Positions 1-9,481 are shown, counted from the first letter of the stretch. The stretch: 64,000 bases of DNA from an uncultured Pseudomonadales bacterium (GCA_964556485.1 CAZKVV010000003.1:56610-120609), one strand, 5' to 3'. Numbers and translations are program-made. The notes: generated by a model not told the origin, from the sequence alone.

Positions 1-354
1 AGCAACAGTTAGGGCTGCCATCCCAGAACCCGAACTTGAAAGCCCAGTCGCTTTAGGAAATGAGTTATGAGAAACAACTTTAGCTCTGGTTGTGACACCA
101 ACAATCTTTCGAACTCTATCCAGTTGCTTGGAAACACGACCAGCTTCAACGCCGCCTGCTGCCAATTCTACCGATCCAATGGTAACACTATCACTTTCAA
201 ACTCATCTTGAAAGGCAACTGTTGTGGTGGTATCTAAACCATTCAGAATGATTGAAAGACTTCCATTTTCAGGTAGTCTCAGAACAGCGTCCTTTTTTCC
301 CCAGTATTTAACCAGAGCAATATCTGCAGATGCGGTAACAGTACTTTTTTGCAT
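1..354 (-). CDS. mvaD: Diphosphomevalonate decarboxylase (5' part; runs off the window edge)
   Basis: Manual translation from ATG at 354: MQKSTVTASADIALVKYWGKKDAVLRLPENGSLS...FPKATGLSSSGSGMAAL. Contains the (N/D)IALxKYWGK and GHMP P-loop motifs. Not in the ORF track. Confidence 0.92.
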   Translation of the reverse strand, partial: MQKSTVTASADIALVKYWGKKDAVLRLPENGSLSIILNGLDTTTTVAFQDEFESDSVTIGSVELAAGGVEAGRVSKQLDRVRKIVGVTTRAKVVSHNSFPKATGLSSSGSGMAALTVA

Positions 355-388
355 AATTCTCACTTCTTACTTGATTTTACTCGATACA

Positions 389-1375
389 TCACTCAATACG
401 AACGCCCTGAGCATTTACACCCACATTGATGATGTTGCCACCCACACGTTGCAGAGCTTTAGATACACCAGCTTTATTATCTTCTGAAGCTAACGCCAAT
501 ACACAATCGCCCCCCGCTGCTCCAGAAACAGTTGCCCCATAGGCACCAGCATCGAGTGCTGCCTCCACTAATTCGTCAAGACGAGCAGTACTCACTAATA
601 ATTTTCGAGCATTTTCTTGTGAACGATTAAAGAGCTTGCCGACAGCGCGCCAATCATTCTTTTCAGCGAATCCAACAAAATCGTCAGCAATTTCGCCAAT
701 ATCCTCAAAAACTTTTCTTACTGAAGCAGGATTTTCTCGATACAAATTATCTACCATACGAATCAGCGTTGGTGTATCAGCTTTAGCACCAGAATAAGCA
801 ATGATGAGTGGCAATTTTTCAACCCACACAGCCTTTACCACTTTTGCAGGACTTACGTAATAAAGTGTTCCACCCCAAATGGCTGCAGCAAGATCGAAAC
901 CAGAACCAACACCTTGCACTTCTAATACAGCTTGATAGCAAAGCTTAAATAGTTCTTCATTTGTAAGTAAAACGCCATAGAGTGTGGTAAGAGCTTTGGC
1001 AAAAGCCACAGTCACAGCACTGCTCGAACCAAAACCATAGGATGAAGAAAAATCACTTTTAGTGGTAACAATAATTCCTTCTTTTTGTGGGTAGGTATTT
1101 AAGAAATTTTTGTAGAGAATTTCAATGAATCTCACCGCATTTGGAAGTTCTTTGGTACCAAGTTCGTCGGTATGTTTGGTATATGCCGTTAGTCCAAGAT
1201 CTGGGGCATCTAAATGGAAAACATCAACACCGTTCTTCTTTACCGTTGCGTATAATCGCTGATCAACTGCAGTCACGACGGTAGGATAGCCGTGTACCAC
1301 TGCGTACCCAACTGAAAGCATGAGCTTTCCTGGCGCTGATGCGGTTACTGAATCCACTGCGTGTGAATCTAACAT
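389..1375 (-). CDS. GHMP kinase, probably phosphomevalonate kinase
   Basis: APGKLML, YGFGSSSAV, GSGFDLAAA and SGAAGGDC motifs; lies in the mevalonate operon. Confidence 0.82.
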   Translation of the reverse strand: MLDSHAVDSVTASAPGKLMLSVGYAVVHGYPTVVTAVDQRLYATVKKNGVDVFHLDAPDLGLTAYTKHTDELGTKELPNAVRFIEILYKNFLNTYPQKEGIIVTTKSDFSSSYGFGSSSAVTVAFAKALTTLYGVLLTNEELFKLCYQAVLEVQGVGSGFDLAAAIWGGTLYYVSPAKVVKAVWVEKLPLIIAYSGAKADTPTLIRMVDNLYRENPASVRKVFEDIGEIADDFVGFAEKNDWRAVGKLFNRSQENARKLLVSTARLDELVEAALDAGAYGATVSGAAGGDCVLALASEDNKAGVSKALQRVGGNIINVGVNAQGVRIE

Positions 1376-1393
1376 AAATCCTTTACAAGAACA

Positions 1394-2284
1394 CTATTGT
1401 ACCGTACTCGCCTGTGTTTCCCAACCATGGTTGATTGCAAACTGTGCAAGGGTGTCTATCACGGGATGCGTTGCCAATAACCAACCAGATCCTGCTGCCA
1501 CTCCGCCCGCTCCCGTTACTTTTGCAGCGCCACCAATTGCTTCAATTTCCGCAATCATTTGTTGCGCTCTCTGACCAACTACTCCTAACTTAGTCAAGAG
1601 TTTGTTATTCTCGCTTACTAACTCATTTGGAAATACTGAATCACTGCCTGTTGTTAGTTCGGTATACCACCGCTTTGTTTGTTCTGCCATCTGTTCTAAC
1701 TGTTGTGTCACCTCTTTCTCTTGTGCTTTTTTGTCTGCAACAAGCGCCACCATCTCTCCGGTACTCTCTTGAGCTGCACCAGACTGAATTAATAAAACAG
1801 TGCGAGGTTTTTTAACAACTACATTTTTCCACTGGGGAATCGGAGCTTTTGTGTACAACAATGTTTGGCCATGCACCACTGCAGCAACATCCGCCCCACT
1901 CGGATTACCATGGATCATTTTTTCTGCCTCAAGTACGAAGGAAAAATGTTGATCTTTGCTTAACTCCACAGCAAAGTGATCACACAGCGCTTGAAGTACA
2001 GCATTAGCAACAGCTGCAGATGATCCGAACCCAGATTTTTCTGGCAATTCTGAATTTATCTGTACCACTAAACCAGTAGCGTCCTTTGAAAATGTTGCAG
2101 CAAACAGTTGTAAAATTTCCGCAATATATTCTCTCTGGTTTGAGGAAGAATCATTAACTACTGCGACAGTCACTCCAACTGATAATGGTGAAACAAGTGC
2201 AGGATAACCATACACCACGCTGTGTTCACCACTTAAAATAAACTTTCCAGGAGAGAAAAATGATTTTCCAAGTACATTACCCAT
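1394..2284 (-). CDS. mvk: Mevalonate kinase
   Basis: PGKFILSGEHSVVYG, SGFGSSAA, HGNPSGAD and KVTGAGG motifs. Confidence 0.88.
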   Translation of the reverse strand: MGNVLGKSFFSPGKFILSGEHSVVYGYPALVSPLSVGVTVAVVNDSSSNQREYIAEILQLFAATFSKDATGLVVQINSELPEKSGFGSSAAVANAVLQALCDHFAVELSKDQHFSFVLEAEKMIHGNPSGADVAAVVHGQTLLYTKAPIPQWKNVVVKKPRTVLLIQSGAAQESTGEMVALVADKKAQEKEVTQQLEQMAEQTKRWYTELTTGSDSVFPNELVSENNKLLTKLGVVGQRAQQMIAEIEAIGGAAKVTGAGGVAAGSGWLLATHPVIDTLAQFAINHGWETQASTVQ

Positions 2285-2567
2285 GTTTGACTACTTTCAA
2301 GCCATAGGGAATAGGCTCTATACCAACTGCTTTTTTAAGTTTTCTGAGCACAAATCGTACCTGATCACCTGCTTGTAGTTCTTCTCCAGGGACCCCCATA
2401 CATTCAAACTGCTTTGTACCTACCTTCACAACCACAAAAGGGTAGCTGCCAAAATAGGCAGTCTCTGTAGCAGGGACCCTAATAACCGTAGCCACCACAA
2501 CTTTTCCCGTTCTTCCCAAAAGTGCAGCCCAGGATTTATTTTTTCGCCAATACTGTGCTGGTTTCAT
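2277..2567 (-). CDS. DUF35/ChsH2-like OB-fold scaffold protein, without the zinc ribbon
   Basis: Start at 2567 overlaps the thiolase stop (ATGA). MKPAQYWR...GDQVRFVLRKL...IPYGLKV matches the DUF35 C-terminal pattern. Adjacent to thiolase and HMG-CoA synthase. Confidence 0.75.
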   Translation of the reverse strand: MKPAQYWRKNKSWAALLGRTGKVVVATVIRVPATETAYFGSYPFVVVKVGTKQFECMGVPGEELQAGDQVRFVLRKLKKAVGIEPIPYGLKVVKHG

Positions 2568-3676
2568 GAATGTTGCTCCAAGATATGCACTACAGCTGTT
2601 GCGCCACTGCCACCAACATTGTGAGCCAAGCCTCTTTGATACTGCTTTTGCATCAACAACTCCCAAAGATAGGCAACTTGTTTTATGCCTGTTGCACCAA
2701 CTGGATGCCCACAGGCCTTAAGTCCGCCCGAGTGGTTAATCACTATTTTGCCCCCAAATGTTGTCTCACCTGCTATAGTTGCTCTACCCGCATCACCCTT
2801 GGTAAAAAATCCCAAATCTTCGATAGCAAATAGTTCAGCAATAGTGAAACAGTCATGCACTTCTGCTAGTGGAATCGCTGCTGGAGCAAGACCTGCCCGA
2901 GCGAATGCTTGCTTTGCAGCTGTTTTGGTAGCTTGCAACTCGGTGAATGATTTTCTACCAGCCAAATCCAAACTATCCTGACCTTGACCAAATCCCACTA
3001 CTCTCACTTTTGAAGAATGCATCTTTGTCGTTAAAACCACAGCTGCTGCCCCATCTGATACCGGCGAACAGTCCAACATGTGGAGTGGATCGGCAACAAG
3101 CGGACTTTTCTCGACCGCTGCAACAGAAATTGTTTTTCTAAACTGAGCCTTTTTATTCCCCATTGCATGCTGGTGATTTTTGCTTGCAACAGTGCTTAAA
3201 GCTTCTCTAGTAGTGCCAAACTGCTGCATGTGCGCGCGAGCCAGCAATGCGTATAACCCTGGGAAGGTGCTGCCATATTCTGTATCAATGTTCGCTGCTG
3301 AAGACAGAATTTCAGTCACTTCAGCCGCTTTATCTGTCATTTTCTCAACACCTACTACTACCACAGTTTGGTATTGACCAGAGAGCAAGCCAAGTTCTGC
3401 TTGCAATAACGCCACCCCACCAGACGCACATGCTGCTTCAACGCGAACTGCAGGAGGAAAATGCGAAAATAACTCTGAAGCTAAGGCTCCCAAATGTGCC
3501 TGACCCTCAAACTGAGTGGCAGCCATATTCGCCACTATAACTGCATCAACTTGCTTAGGATCAACGGCCGCTGATTTGAGCGCACCTTCAACAGCTTCTG
3601 TCATCAACGCATGCAAACTCTTGTGCCAGAGTTCCCCAAACTGAGTAATATATCCACCCGCAATGACAATATTCAT
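2564..3676 (-). CDS. Acetyl-CoA acetyltransferase (thiolase), archaeal/SCP2 type
   Basis: VEAACASGG (catalytic Cys), EVHDCFTIAE, GHPVGATG and HNVGGSG motifs. Confidence 0.92.
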   Translation of the reverse strand: MNIVIAGGYITQFGELWHKSLHALMTEAVEGALKSAAVDPKQVDAVIVANMAATQFEGQAHLGALASELFSHFPPAVRVEAACASGGVALLQAELGLLSGQYQTVVVVGVEKMTDKAAEVTEILSSAANIDTEYGSTFPGLYALLARAHMQQFGTTREALSTVASKNHQHAMGNKKAQFRKTISVAAVEKSPLVADPLHMLDCSPVSDGAAAVVLTTKMHSSKVRVVGFGQGQDSLDLAGRKSFTELQATKTAAKQAFARAGLAPAAIPLAEVHDCFTIAELFAIEDLGFFTKGDAGRATIAGETTFGGKIVINHSGGLKACGHPVGATGIKQVAYLWELLMQKQYQRGLAHNVGGSGATAVVHILEQHS

Positions 3677-4782
3677 AGTGGTTTAATAAATTCCATGCGT
3701 TTTTGATACTCGCCGTAACTAATGTGCTTGGTAGTTTTTAGTTGATGGGCAATAGTGTTTCTCCACAGCTTTCTTTGAGTAATCAATGCTTTTGTGGTTT
3801 TGAGTAAAAAAGCATCTGACCCCGCTCCCGATCCATACGAGGCAAGCAGAATTGTTTTATCTGCTTCTGCTTCATCCAGCAACTTGACTAACGCTAACAG
3901 TGACGCAGCAGAGTACGTATTGCCAACAGTATCTACTAATAATGATGGAGCTAATTGAGCCTGAGTAAATCCTAATTTTTTAGCTATCGAAACGGGAAAA
4001 TTATAGTTTGGCGTATGAAACACGCAGTAGTCGATATCTTTTGGTGAAAGCTTGGTTTTTTCAAGCAAAAGCGTCACACTTTTTGTAAGGTGAGCAAAGT
4101 ATGCTGGTTGAGCACTAAACCTACCCGCATGGCTAGGATATGAATTTAAAGCACCACGCCAAAAATCTGGTGTGTCAGTAGCAATGGAGGCTGTATCTAT
4201 GATTTCAACCAATACGTTTTCACAACCAACAATAAACGCAGCTGCACCAGCACCAGCTGTATACTCGAGAGCATCACCCGGCTGAGATTGCGCAGTATCA
4301 GTACCTACAGCCAACACTTGCTTGCACATGCCGCTTGCAACATAGGCTGCTCCAATCTGGAGCGCTTGTGTTCCAGCTTTACAGGCAAACTCTAAATCTG
4401 CCAACGAAATATTCTCTGACAGTCCCAATGCTTGAGCGACAATTGTGCCAGTTGGTTTAACTGCGTAGGGATGACTTTCACTACCTACAAATACTGCTCC
4501 AATATCTTGTTCAGATTTTGTAGTTTTGACCTTTTTTTTGATATTCATTTTGACAGCAGCTGCAACTCGATCCACTGCCTGTTGTGCCGCCTCAACCGCC
4601 AGCGTGGCGGCATCTTCATCCAAATTTGGCACCGATTTTGAAATCACCCCCAGTGATTTTTCGCCGGTTCCCGGAGTTGCACCTCGATGCATATCAATTT
4701 CTGTAGTCAATAACCGAGCAGTTGGAATGTACGCACCATACCCAACAATACCCACTGGAAATCGAGTGTTAACCCCTTGCAT
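3673..4782 (-). CDS. Hydroxymethylglutaryl-CoA synthase, archaeal type
   Basis: VGSESHPYAVKP, DLEFACKAGT, DTPDFWR, FHTPN, GNTYS and SYGSGAGSDAF motifs. Confidence 0.93.
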   Translation of the reverse strand: MQGVNTRFPVGIVGYGAYIPTARLLTTEIDMHRGATPGTGEKSLGVISKSVPNLDEDAATLAVEAAQQAVDRVAAAVKMNIKKKVKTTKSEQDIGAVFVGSESHPYAVKPTGTIVAQALGLSENISLADLEFACKAGTQALQIGAAYVASGMCKQVLAVGTDTAQSQPGDALEYTAGAGAAAFIVGCENVLVEIIDTASIATDTPDFWRGALNSYPSHAGRFSAQPAYFAHLTKSVTLLLEKTKLSPKDIDYCVFHTPNYNFPVSIAKKLGFTQAQLAPSLLVDTVGNTYSAASLLALVKLLDEAEADKTILLASYGSGAGSDAFLLKTTKALITQRKLWRNTIAHQLKTTKHISYGEYQKRMEFIKPL

Positions 4783-5953
4783 GTTTGTGATGAGCCTTTG
4801 CTAACGTTTGTTCGGTGAGGGATGCTAGCCCAGAAATTTCAGCACACAAGGCTGCTGTTGCAACTGCTGCTGCTACATCTATAGATTGCACTTGACCCTC
4901 ACAAATACATGATCTTGCAGCTGTCTGCTGTGGAAGAGCTGTTCCCCCACCAACAGTACCTACCGCTAGTGAAGAAAAATCGATACTGGCATAGACACCA
5001 TCACCCTCAACTTCAAAAGTTACCGCTGCGCTGGATGCGTCGACAACATGCGCAGGGTCTTGTCCGGTCGCAATGTACAGTGCGGCTACTACATTGGCAA
5101 CTTGCATGTTTTGAGAAAAAGAACCAGCTACAGCACTACCAACCAAGTTCTTGGCGACATGTGCTTCCACCAAACTTGTGGGAGTTACTCTCAAACCTTC
5201 CAATACTTTTGCAGAAAGTACTGTTTCCACATGCACTTGATAGCCTCTACCTAATAGTCGGTTAATTGCTGCATCTTTTTTATCGGTGCAAACGTTGCTT
5301 GAAAGTGCAACCATCCGCACCTCTGGCCAACTTGCACCAGCATCAGACCACCAAGAATCAAGTGCAATACTCACCATATTCATACCCATTGCTTCACCAG
5401 TGTCAAAGCGAAATCTGGCAAAAACACGTTTGCCACGAATAAAGACTTCGACTCCTAAGTATGAGAGATGACTACTTGACTTAATTGATGAATCAATTAA
5501 TTTTGACTTATCACTCTTCAGCCATTCAGCAAACTTTTTTGCCATAGCAAAGTTGCTGCAAGCAAAAACCGGCGCTCTGGTCATTCCTGATTTGGTCACA
5601 AATACCCGCACATCACTCAAAGAAAGTGCTCGCGCACCTCTGTTTACACTTGCCACCAAGGCACCTTCTGTCGTAGCTAAAGGAAAAAACAGTTGCTTTT
5701 GTACAGCATTTTGTGAAGAAGGTTCTACACTAATATTGACACACACCGGCCCAGCAATACCTAGCGGAATTGCAATGGAACCTATGAGGTTTTCGCAGTT
5801 TCGTTTGCCTACTATCTCTGGATCAAAAGTAAATTGATTGAGAGTATTAATAACATCTGGATGTAAATCACGCAACATCTCATGACGAATTAAAATCTTC
5901 TTTTTTTCACTCAAATCTGTTTCTTTAATAAAAAATGAATGTTTGTTGGTCAC
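4769..5953 (-). CDS. hmgA: HMG-CoA reductase, class I (NADPH)
   Basis: CENLIG, PLATTEGALVAS, DTGEAMGMNM, ATGQDPAH and GTVGGGT motifs, plus the C-terminal catalytic His. Confidence 0.93.
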   Translation of the reverse strand: MTNKHSFFIKETDLSEKKKILIRHEMLRDLHPDVINTLNQFTFDPEIVGKRNCENLIGSIAIPLGIAGPVCVNISVEPSSQNAVQKQLFFPLATTEGALVASVNRGARALSLSDVRVFVTKSGMTRAPVFACSNFAMAKKFAEWLKSDKSKLIDSSIKSSSHLSYLGVEVFIRGKRVFARFRFDTGEAMGMNMVSIALDSWWSDAGASWPEVRMVALSSNVCTDKKDAAINRLLGRGYQVHVETVLSAKVLEGLRVTPTSLVEAHVAKNLVGSAVAGSFSQNMQVANVVAALYIATGQDPAHVVDASSAAVTFEVEGDGVYASIDFSSLAVGTVGGGTALPQQTAARSCICEGQVQSIDVAAAVATAALCAEISGLASLTEQTLAKAHHKHARG

Positions 5954-5982
5954 GAAAAGTTAGTCGTAAAGCACCCCAAAAA

Positions 5983-6624
5983 TCATGCAAAATAAAGTTG
6001 CAGCATGAAGACTGTCCACGGAACCAAAAGATATGTTTCACCTTGCAGTACGCAATCTAACGGATGAGTTCTTTTTTGTAATTCTTCCCAAGAATATTCC
6101 AGAGATTGCTCTGCAGTTGGATAGTTAGACTTTTTGATTGCCTCTCGTATCGATTGTTGCAGCTCAACAAGTGGAATCCAAGCAGTTTTGACAACTTCAC
6201 TAGAAACTGGAGTAATTTCGGCGGTTTCATACACTCCCGTAAACACATGGTCAACTTCGTGTTCAGAATACTTTTCGTTGCAGTAAGCACGATACTCAAA
6301 CACACCTTTTTTTTGCAAGGTTGTCCCTATTATGGCAAGCTCCTGTAACAATCTACGGTGGCAACACTGCTCAACGGTCTCACCTTTTTGCACATTTCCG
6401 CAAACTGTATTGCCCCACCAGAGCGCACCTACAATCTTTTGCTCACTGCGTTGCTGAAACAACACCTCATTGTTACTATTAAACAACCAAACTGAAACAG
6501 CACGATGTCGTCTTGTTGGATTTTGATGAGTTGCATACTTTTCATCAAAACCTACCACACAATCTGCACCATCTACCAAGATGCAATTATCTTCATCCAA
6601 CAGCTTAATCTTCGGTTCATTCAT
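5983..6624 (-). CDS. idi: Isopentenyl-diphosphate isomerase, type 1 (Nudix fold)
   Basis: HRAVSVWLFN, QQRS, W-x-NTVCG, RRLLQEL and EHEVDHVF motifs. Confidence 0.9.
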   Translation of the reverse strand: MNEPKIKLLDEDNCILVDGADCVVGFDEKYATHQNPTRRHRAVSVWLFNSNNEVLFQQRSEQKIVGALWWGNTVCGNVQKGETVEQCCHRRLLQELAIIGTTLQKKGVFEYRAYCNEKYSEHEVDHVFTGVYETAEITPVSSEVVKTAWIPLVELQQSIREAIKKSNYPTAEQSLEYSWEELQKRTHPLDCVLQGETYLLVPWTVFMLQLYFA

Positions 6625-6632
6625 GAAACAAC

Positions 6633-6983
6633 CTATTTATACTCTGAAACAAATACGATTAATCGAAATCGAAGCAATAAATACCCTAACACAATTTGCC
6701 AGTACAAACAAAAGAAAGTAACGGTATTTGAAAAAAAAGTTACACTATCACACAACAACCAGTGAGAATTTGAACATGACAAAATCATTCTTAACAGTGG
6801 AACAAAAGAAAGCTTCCACACTAAATTTACTACAGCCAGTATGCCGAGTGGAGTCAATGATAACCAAATAAAAAGTTTTTCCTTCACTAAGGATTGCATG
6901 GTCTGATACGGATGAATCAGCAGCCCAGCGGTGATACTCACAACGGCATATAAACTGGATGCAATTAACTGTTTTTTACTCAT
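6633..6983 (-). CDS. Small membrane protein (about 3 TM segments), function unknown
   Basis: Likely start MSKKQL at 6983, touching the upstream stop; three hydrophobic segments. Confidence 0.65.
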   Translation of the reverse strand: MSKKQLIASSLYAVVSITAGLLIHPYQTMQSLVKEKLFIWLSLTPLGILAVVNLVWKLSFVPLLRMILSCSNSHWLLCDSVTFFSNTVTFFCLYWQIVLGYLLLRFRLIVFVSEYK

Positions 6984-7168
6984 TAGCGTTTTTCTGCAAT
7001 CTCTAACAACAATGCCGTGACCACTGCCGCACCTACTAATACTTGCCATGAATGAGTACCAAAAAAAGCCGTGAAAACATCCAATTTTTTAGGCAGAAGT
7101 GGACTTTTTGTAAGTTGCGCCTGAAATAGTGCTTCTTCTTGAAGCTTTTCTAAAAAAGTATTTGACAT
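6983..7168 (-). CDS. Small single-TM protein, possible anti-sigma factor
   Basis: ATG at 7168 directly after the sigma stop; C-terminal hydrophobic helix; position typical of ECF anti-sigma genes. Confidence 0.55.
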   Translation of the reverse strand: MSNTFLEKLQEEALFQAQLTKSPLLPKKLDVFTAFFGTHSWQVLVGAAVVTALLLEIAEKR

Positions 7169-7169
7169 A

Positions 7170-7700
7170 TTAATTTTTAAGCCACAAAAACTTAAACTCT
7201 TCTCTGGCTCTAAAAAGATCGGATTCAACTGCTTTCACAGTGGTACCCAACTGCACTGCAATTTCCTTAACTTTTGCTTTATCAATATATTTTCGTTGCA
7301 ACAGTTCACTATACCCAACGCTCATTTGACTTAATACCAATGCTACTTTGTCTGAAAGTTCTTGACTATCTGCCAGCTTTTCCTCCAGAAAAAATTCTGA
7401 AAGCGGTAGTGCCCGTAAGGCATTCTTGGCGTATTTTTTTCGATAATAGTCTGCAATCTCATGACGTAAAACAGCATTCATCCACGTCCACAGACTGGAA
7501 GCACCTCTAAAAAGGGGCATTTGTCTCAGGCAATTAATAAATGTCTGTTGTGTTAATTCTTCCGCATCTTTGGTGTTGGAAATTTTTTGTAACGCTACCG
7601 CAAAAATTCTGTCATGATAGCTCGAAAACCACTGGGAGACTGCTTTAGAGTCACCAGTTTTCAGTTTTTCAAGCAATGTTGATTCTGATAAAATGTGCAT
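7170..7700 (-). CDS. ECF-family sigma-70 factor
   Basis: Region 2 (DAEELTQQTFI...F.G.SSLWTWM..V.RH...DYYRK) and region 4 HTH (KVKEIAVQLGTTVKAVESDLFRAR). Confidence 0.9.
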   Translation of the reverse strand: MHILSESTLLEKLKTGDSKAVSQWFSSYHDRIFAVALQKISNTKDAEELTQQTFINCLRQMPLFRGASSLWTWMNAVLRHEIADYYRKKYAKNALRALPLSEFFLEEKLADSQELSDKVALVLSQMSVGYSELLQRKYIDKAKVKEIAVQLGTTVKAVESDLFRAREEFKFLWLKN

Positions 7701-7729
7701 AAGTAAAGTCTGATATACTATACCACGTA

Positions 7730-8089
7730 ATGCAATGGACTATCGTTCCCCAAGCGTATGCTCAAACTGCTGCCTGCCAGCCAGGACAAGGTGGAGTTGA
7801 CCTCGGCAACTGCCTTCGGCTTGCTGACGACACTCCCGTAAGTATGGTCTATACTAGCCCCGCTTTTCTCGTTAATCTCATCGTCAGCAACCTTTTTATT
7901 ATCTCTGGCGTGCTTTTGGTTGGTCTAATTATTACCGCTGGCTATAAATTCATCACCAAAGGTAAAGAGGGTGTGCAAGAAGCACAACAGATTCTCACCA
8001 ACGCATTGCTTGGCTTTATTCTTATGTTTTCAGCATACTGGATTGTACAAATTATCGCCCTGATAACCGGAGCAGATATACTATTATAA
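7730..8089 (+). CDS. TrbC/VirB2-like pilin #1
   Basis: Two hydrophobic helices separated by AGYKFIT...VQEAQQILTNALLG. Confidence 0.72.
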   Translation: MQWTIVPQAYAQTAACQPGQGGVDLGNCLRLADDTPVSMVYTSPAFLVNLIVSNLFIISGVLLVGLIITAGYKFITKGKEGVQEAQQILTNALLGFILMFSAYWIVQIIALITGADILL

Positions 8090-8096
8090 TACCATT

Positions 8097-8549
8097 ATGA
8101 GAAAATATCTTTTTTTTACTCTAACCGCACTTTTTTTGGCTGTATTACTAGGTGTGCGTGTGGCAAATCCAGTTTTTGCACAAACTGACATACTTGACGC
8201 AGTTGGCACCATTGATAAACCACCTGGTGTTGCTGAATTTGATGAGGCGGGCGGTATTGCTGAAGGTGACATCGGCATCCTCTTTTTCGCTTCAAGAGTA
8301 ATTGCAATCGTAACTATTTTTGCTGGAATTTGGACATTCTTTAATGTCCTGATGGCAGGATTTACCTATGTTACTTCAAGTGGAAATGCACAATCTCACA
8401 CTCTGGTGCGCGACAAACTTACCATGAGTGTGCTAGGAATTCTTTTGATAGTTACCGTATACACCGTTTCTGGCTTGATTGGTGTCATTTTCTTTGGTAA
8501 TGCGACCTACTTATTAAACCCAGTTATTGAAGGGCCAGCAGCAATCTAA
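8097..8549 (+). CDS. TrbC/VirB2-like pilin #2
   Basis: Signal peptide (PVFAQ), then TM-AGFTYVTSSGN...VRDKLTMSVLG-TM. Confidence 0.72.
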   Translation: MRKYLFFTLTALFLAVLLGVRVANPVFAQTDILDAVGTIDKPPGVAEFDEAGGIAEGDIGILFFASRVIAIVTIFAGIWTFFNVLMAGFTYVTSSGNAQSHTLVRDKLTMSVLGILLIVTVYTVSGLIGVIFFGNATYLLNPVIEGPAAI

Positions 8550-8551
8550 CT

Positions 8552-9091
8552 ATGAAGTCTTTTGCAACCACTGCCACACTCCGTTTTTCTAAACTGTTAC
8601 TCTTTGCTTTTTTTCTACTTGTTCCTTTTTTTACCCAAGCTGAACCTGCGTTTGCTCAAACCTGCTCATACAATAATCAATGTATTAACAATCAACGATG
8701 CTTTTGTATTTATGGTTACTGCGCAATTACCCAATCACCCTGTGGCTCAGCGATAATTGGTGATGTCGAACCACCAAAAGGAGTTGCAGAATATAATGAA
8801 GAATCGGGTGGTGAGGTAGGATTATTATTGTTTGCATCTCGAGTCATACAATTATTATCTGTCATTGCAGGACTTTTTGTGGGCTATAACTTCATTACTG
8901 CGGGCTTTACCTATGTTGGTTCAGCAGGAAATCCACAAGTGCATGCCCAGGTAAAAGATAAACTCACCTATGGATTCATGGGACTAGCATTGATTGTCAG
9001 TGCTTATACACTCGCCGGCATCTTCGGACTCCTATTCTTTGGCGATGCTGGATTTGCACTCAATCCATCCTTGGGGGGTGCTGTACAATAA
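8552..9091 (+). CDS. TrbC/VirB2-like pilin #3 with a Cys-rich N-terminal module
   Basis: Signal peptide (PAFAQ), a 6-Cys module, then AGFTYVGSAGN...VKDKLTYGFMG; paralog of pilin #2. Confidence 0.72.
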   Translation: MKSFATTATLRFSKLLLFAFFLLVPFFTQAEPAFAQTCSYNNQCINNQRCFCIYGYCAITQSPCGSAIIGDVEPPKGVAEYNEESGGEVGLLLFASRVIQLLSVIAGLFVGYNFITAGFTYVGSAGNPQVHAQVKDKLTYGFMGLALIVSAYTLAGIFGLLFFGDAGFALNPSLGGAVQ

Positions 9092-9112
9092 AAATTAGTA
9101 TATAATTGAGCC

Positions 9113-9481
9113 ATGTTGACGTTACTTGCACAATTTGGCAATGGATTTGACACTTCGGATGCTCCGTTTGCTGAAGACCTCACTACAAATGAGGGAGCAA
9201 CAGCTAGTCTCGAACTTTTCATTTCCAACATGATTGGTGTTCTCACCGTCTTTGCAGGCCTTTTCTTTATTGTTTATTTCGTCATGGCAGCTCTAACTTG
9301 GGTTACGTCTGGTGGTGACACGGGGAAACTTCAAAATGCTCGAGAAAGAATGTTGCATGGCGTTCTAGGTCTGGTTATTGTCGTAGCAGCATACGGAATA
9401 GTTGGCCTCATCGGTTCAATTGTCGGATTCGACCTACTCAATCCTGCAGAAAAATTATTAGAACTTGCTCCAACTCCATAA
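9113..9481 (+). CDS. TrbC/VirB2-like pilin #4
   Basis: WVTSGGDTGKLQNARERMLHGVLG between two TM helices. Confidence 0.78.
   Translation: MLTLLAQFGNGFDTSDAPFAEDLTTNEGATASLELFISNMIGVLTVFAGLFFIVYFVMAALTWVTSGGDTGKLQNARERMLHGVLGLVIVVAAYGIVGLIGSIVGFDLLNPAEKLLELAPTP

Noticed and set aside
2568-2666. N-terminal extension of the 129-aa ORF
   Set aside because: It lies inside the thiolase gene; the ATGA-coupled start at 2567 is more plausible.
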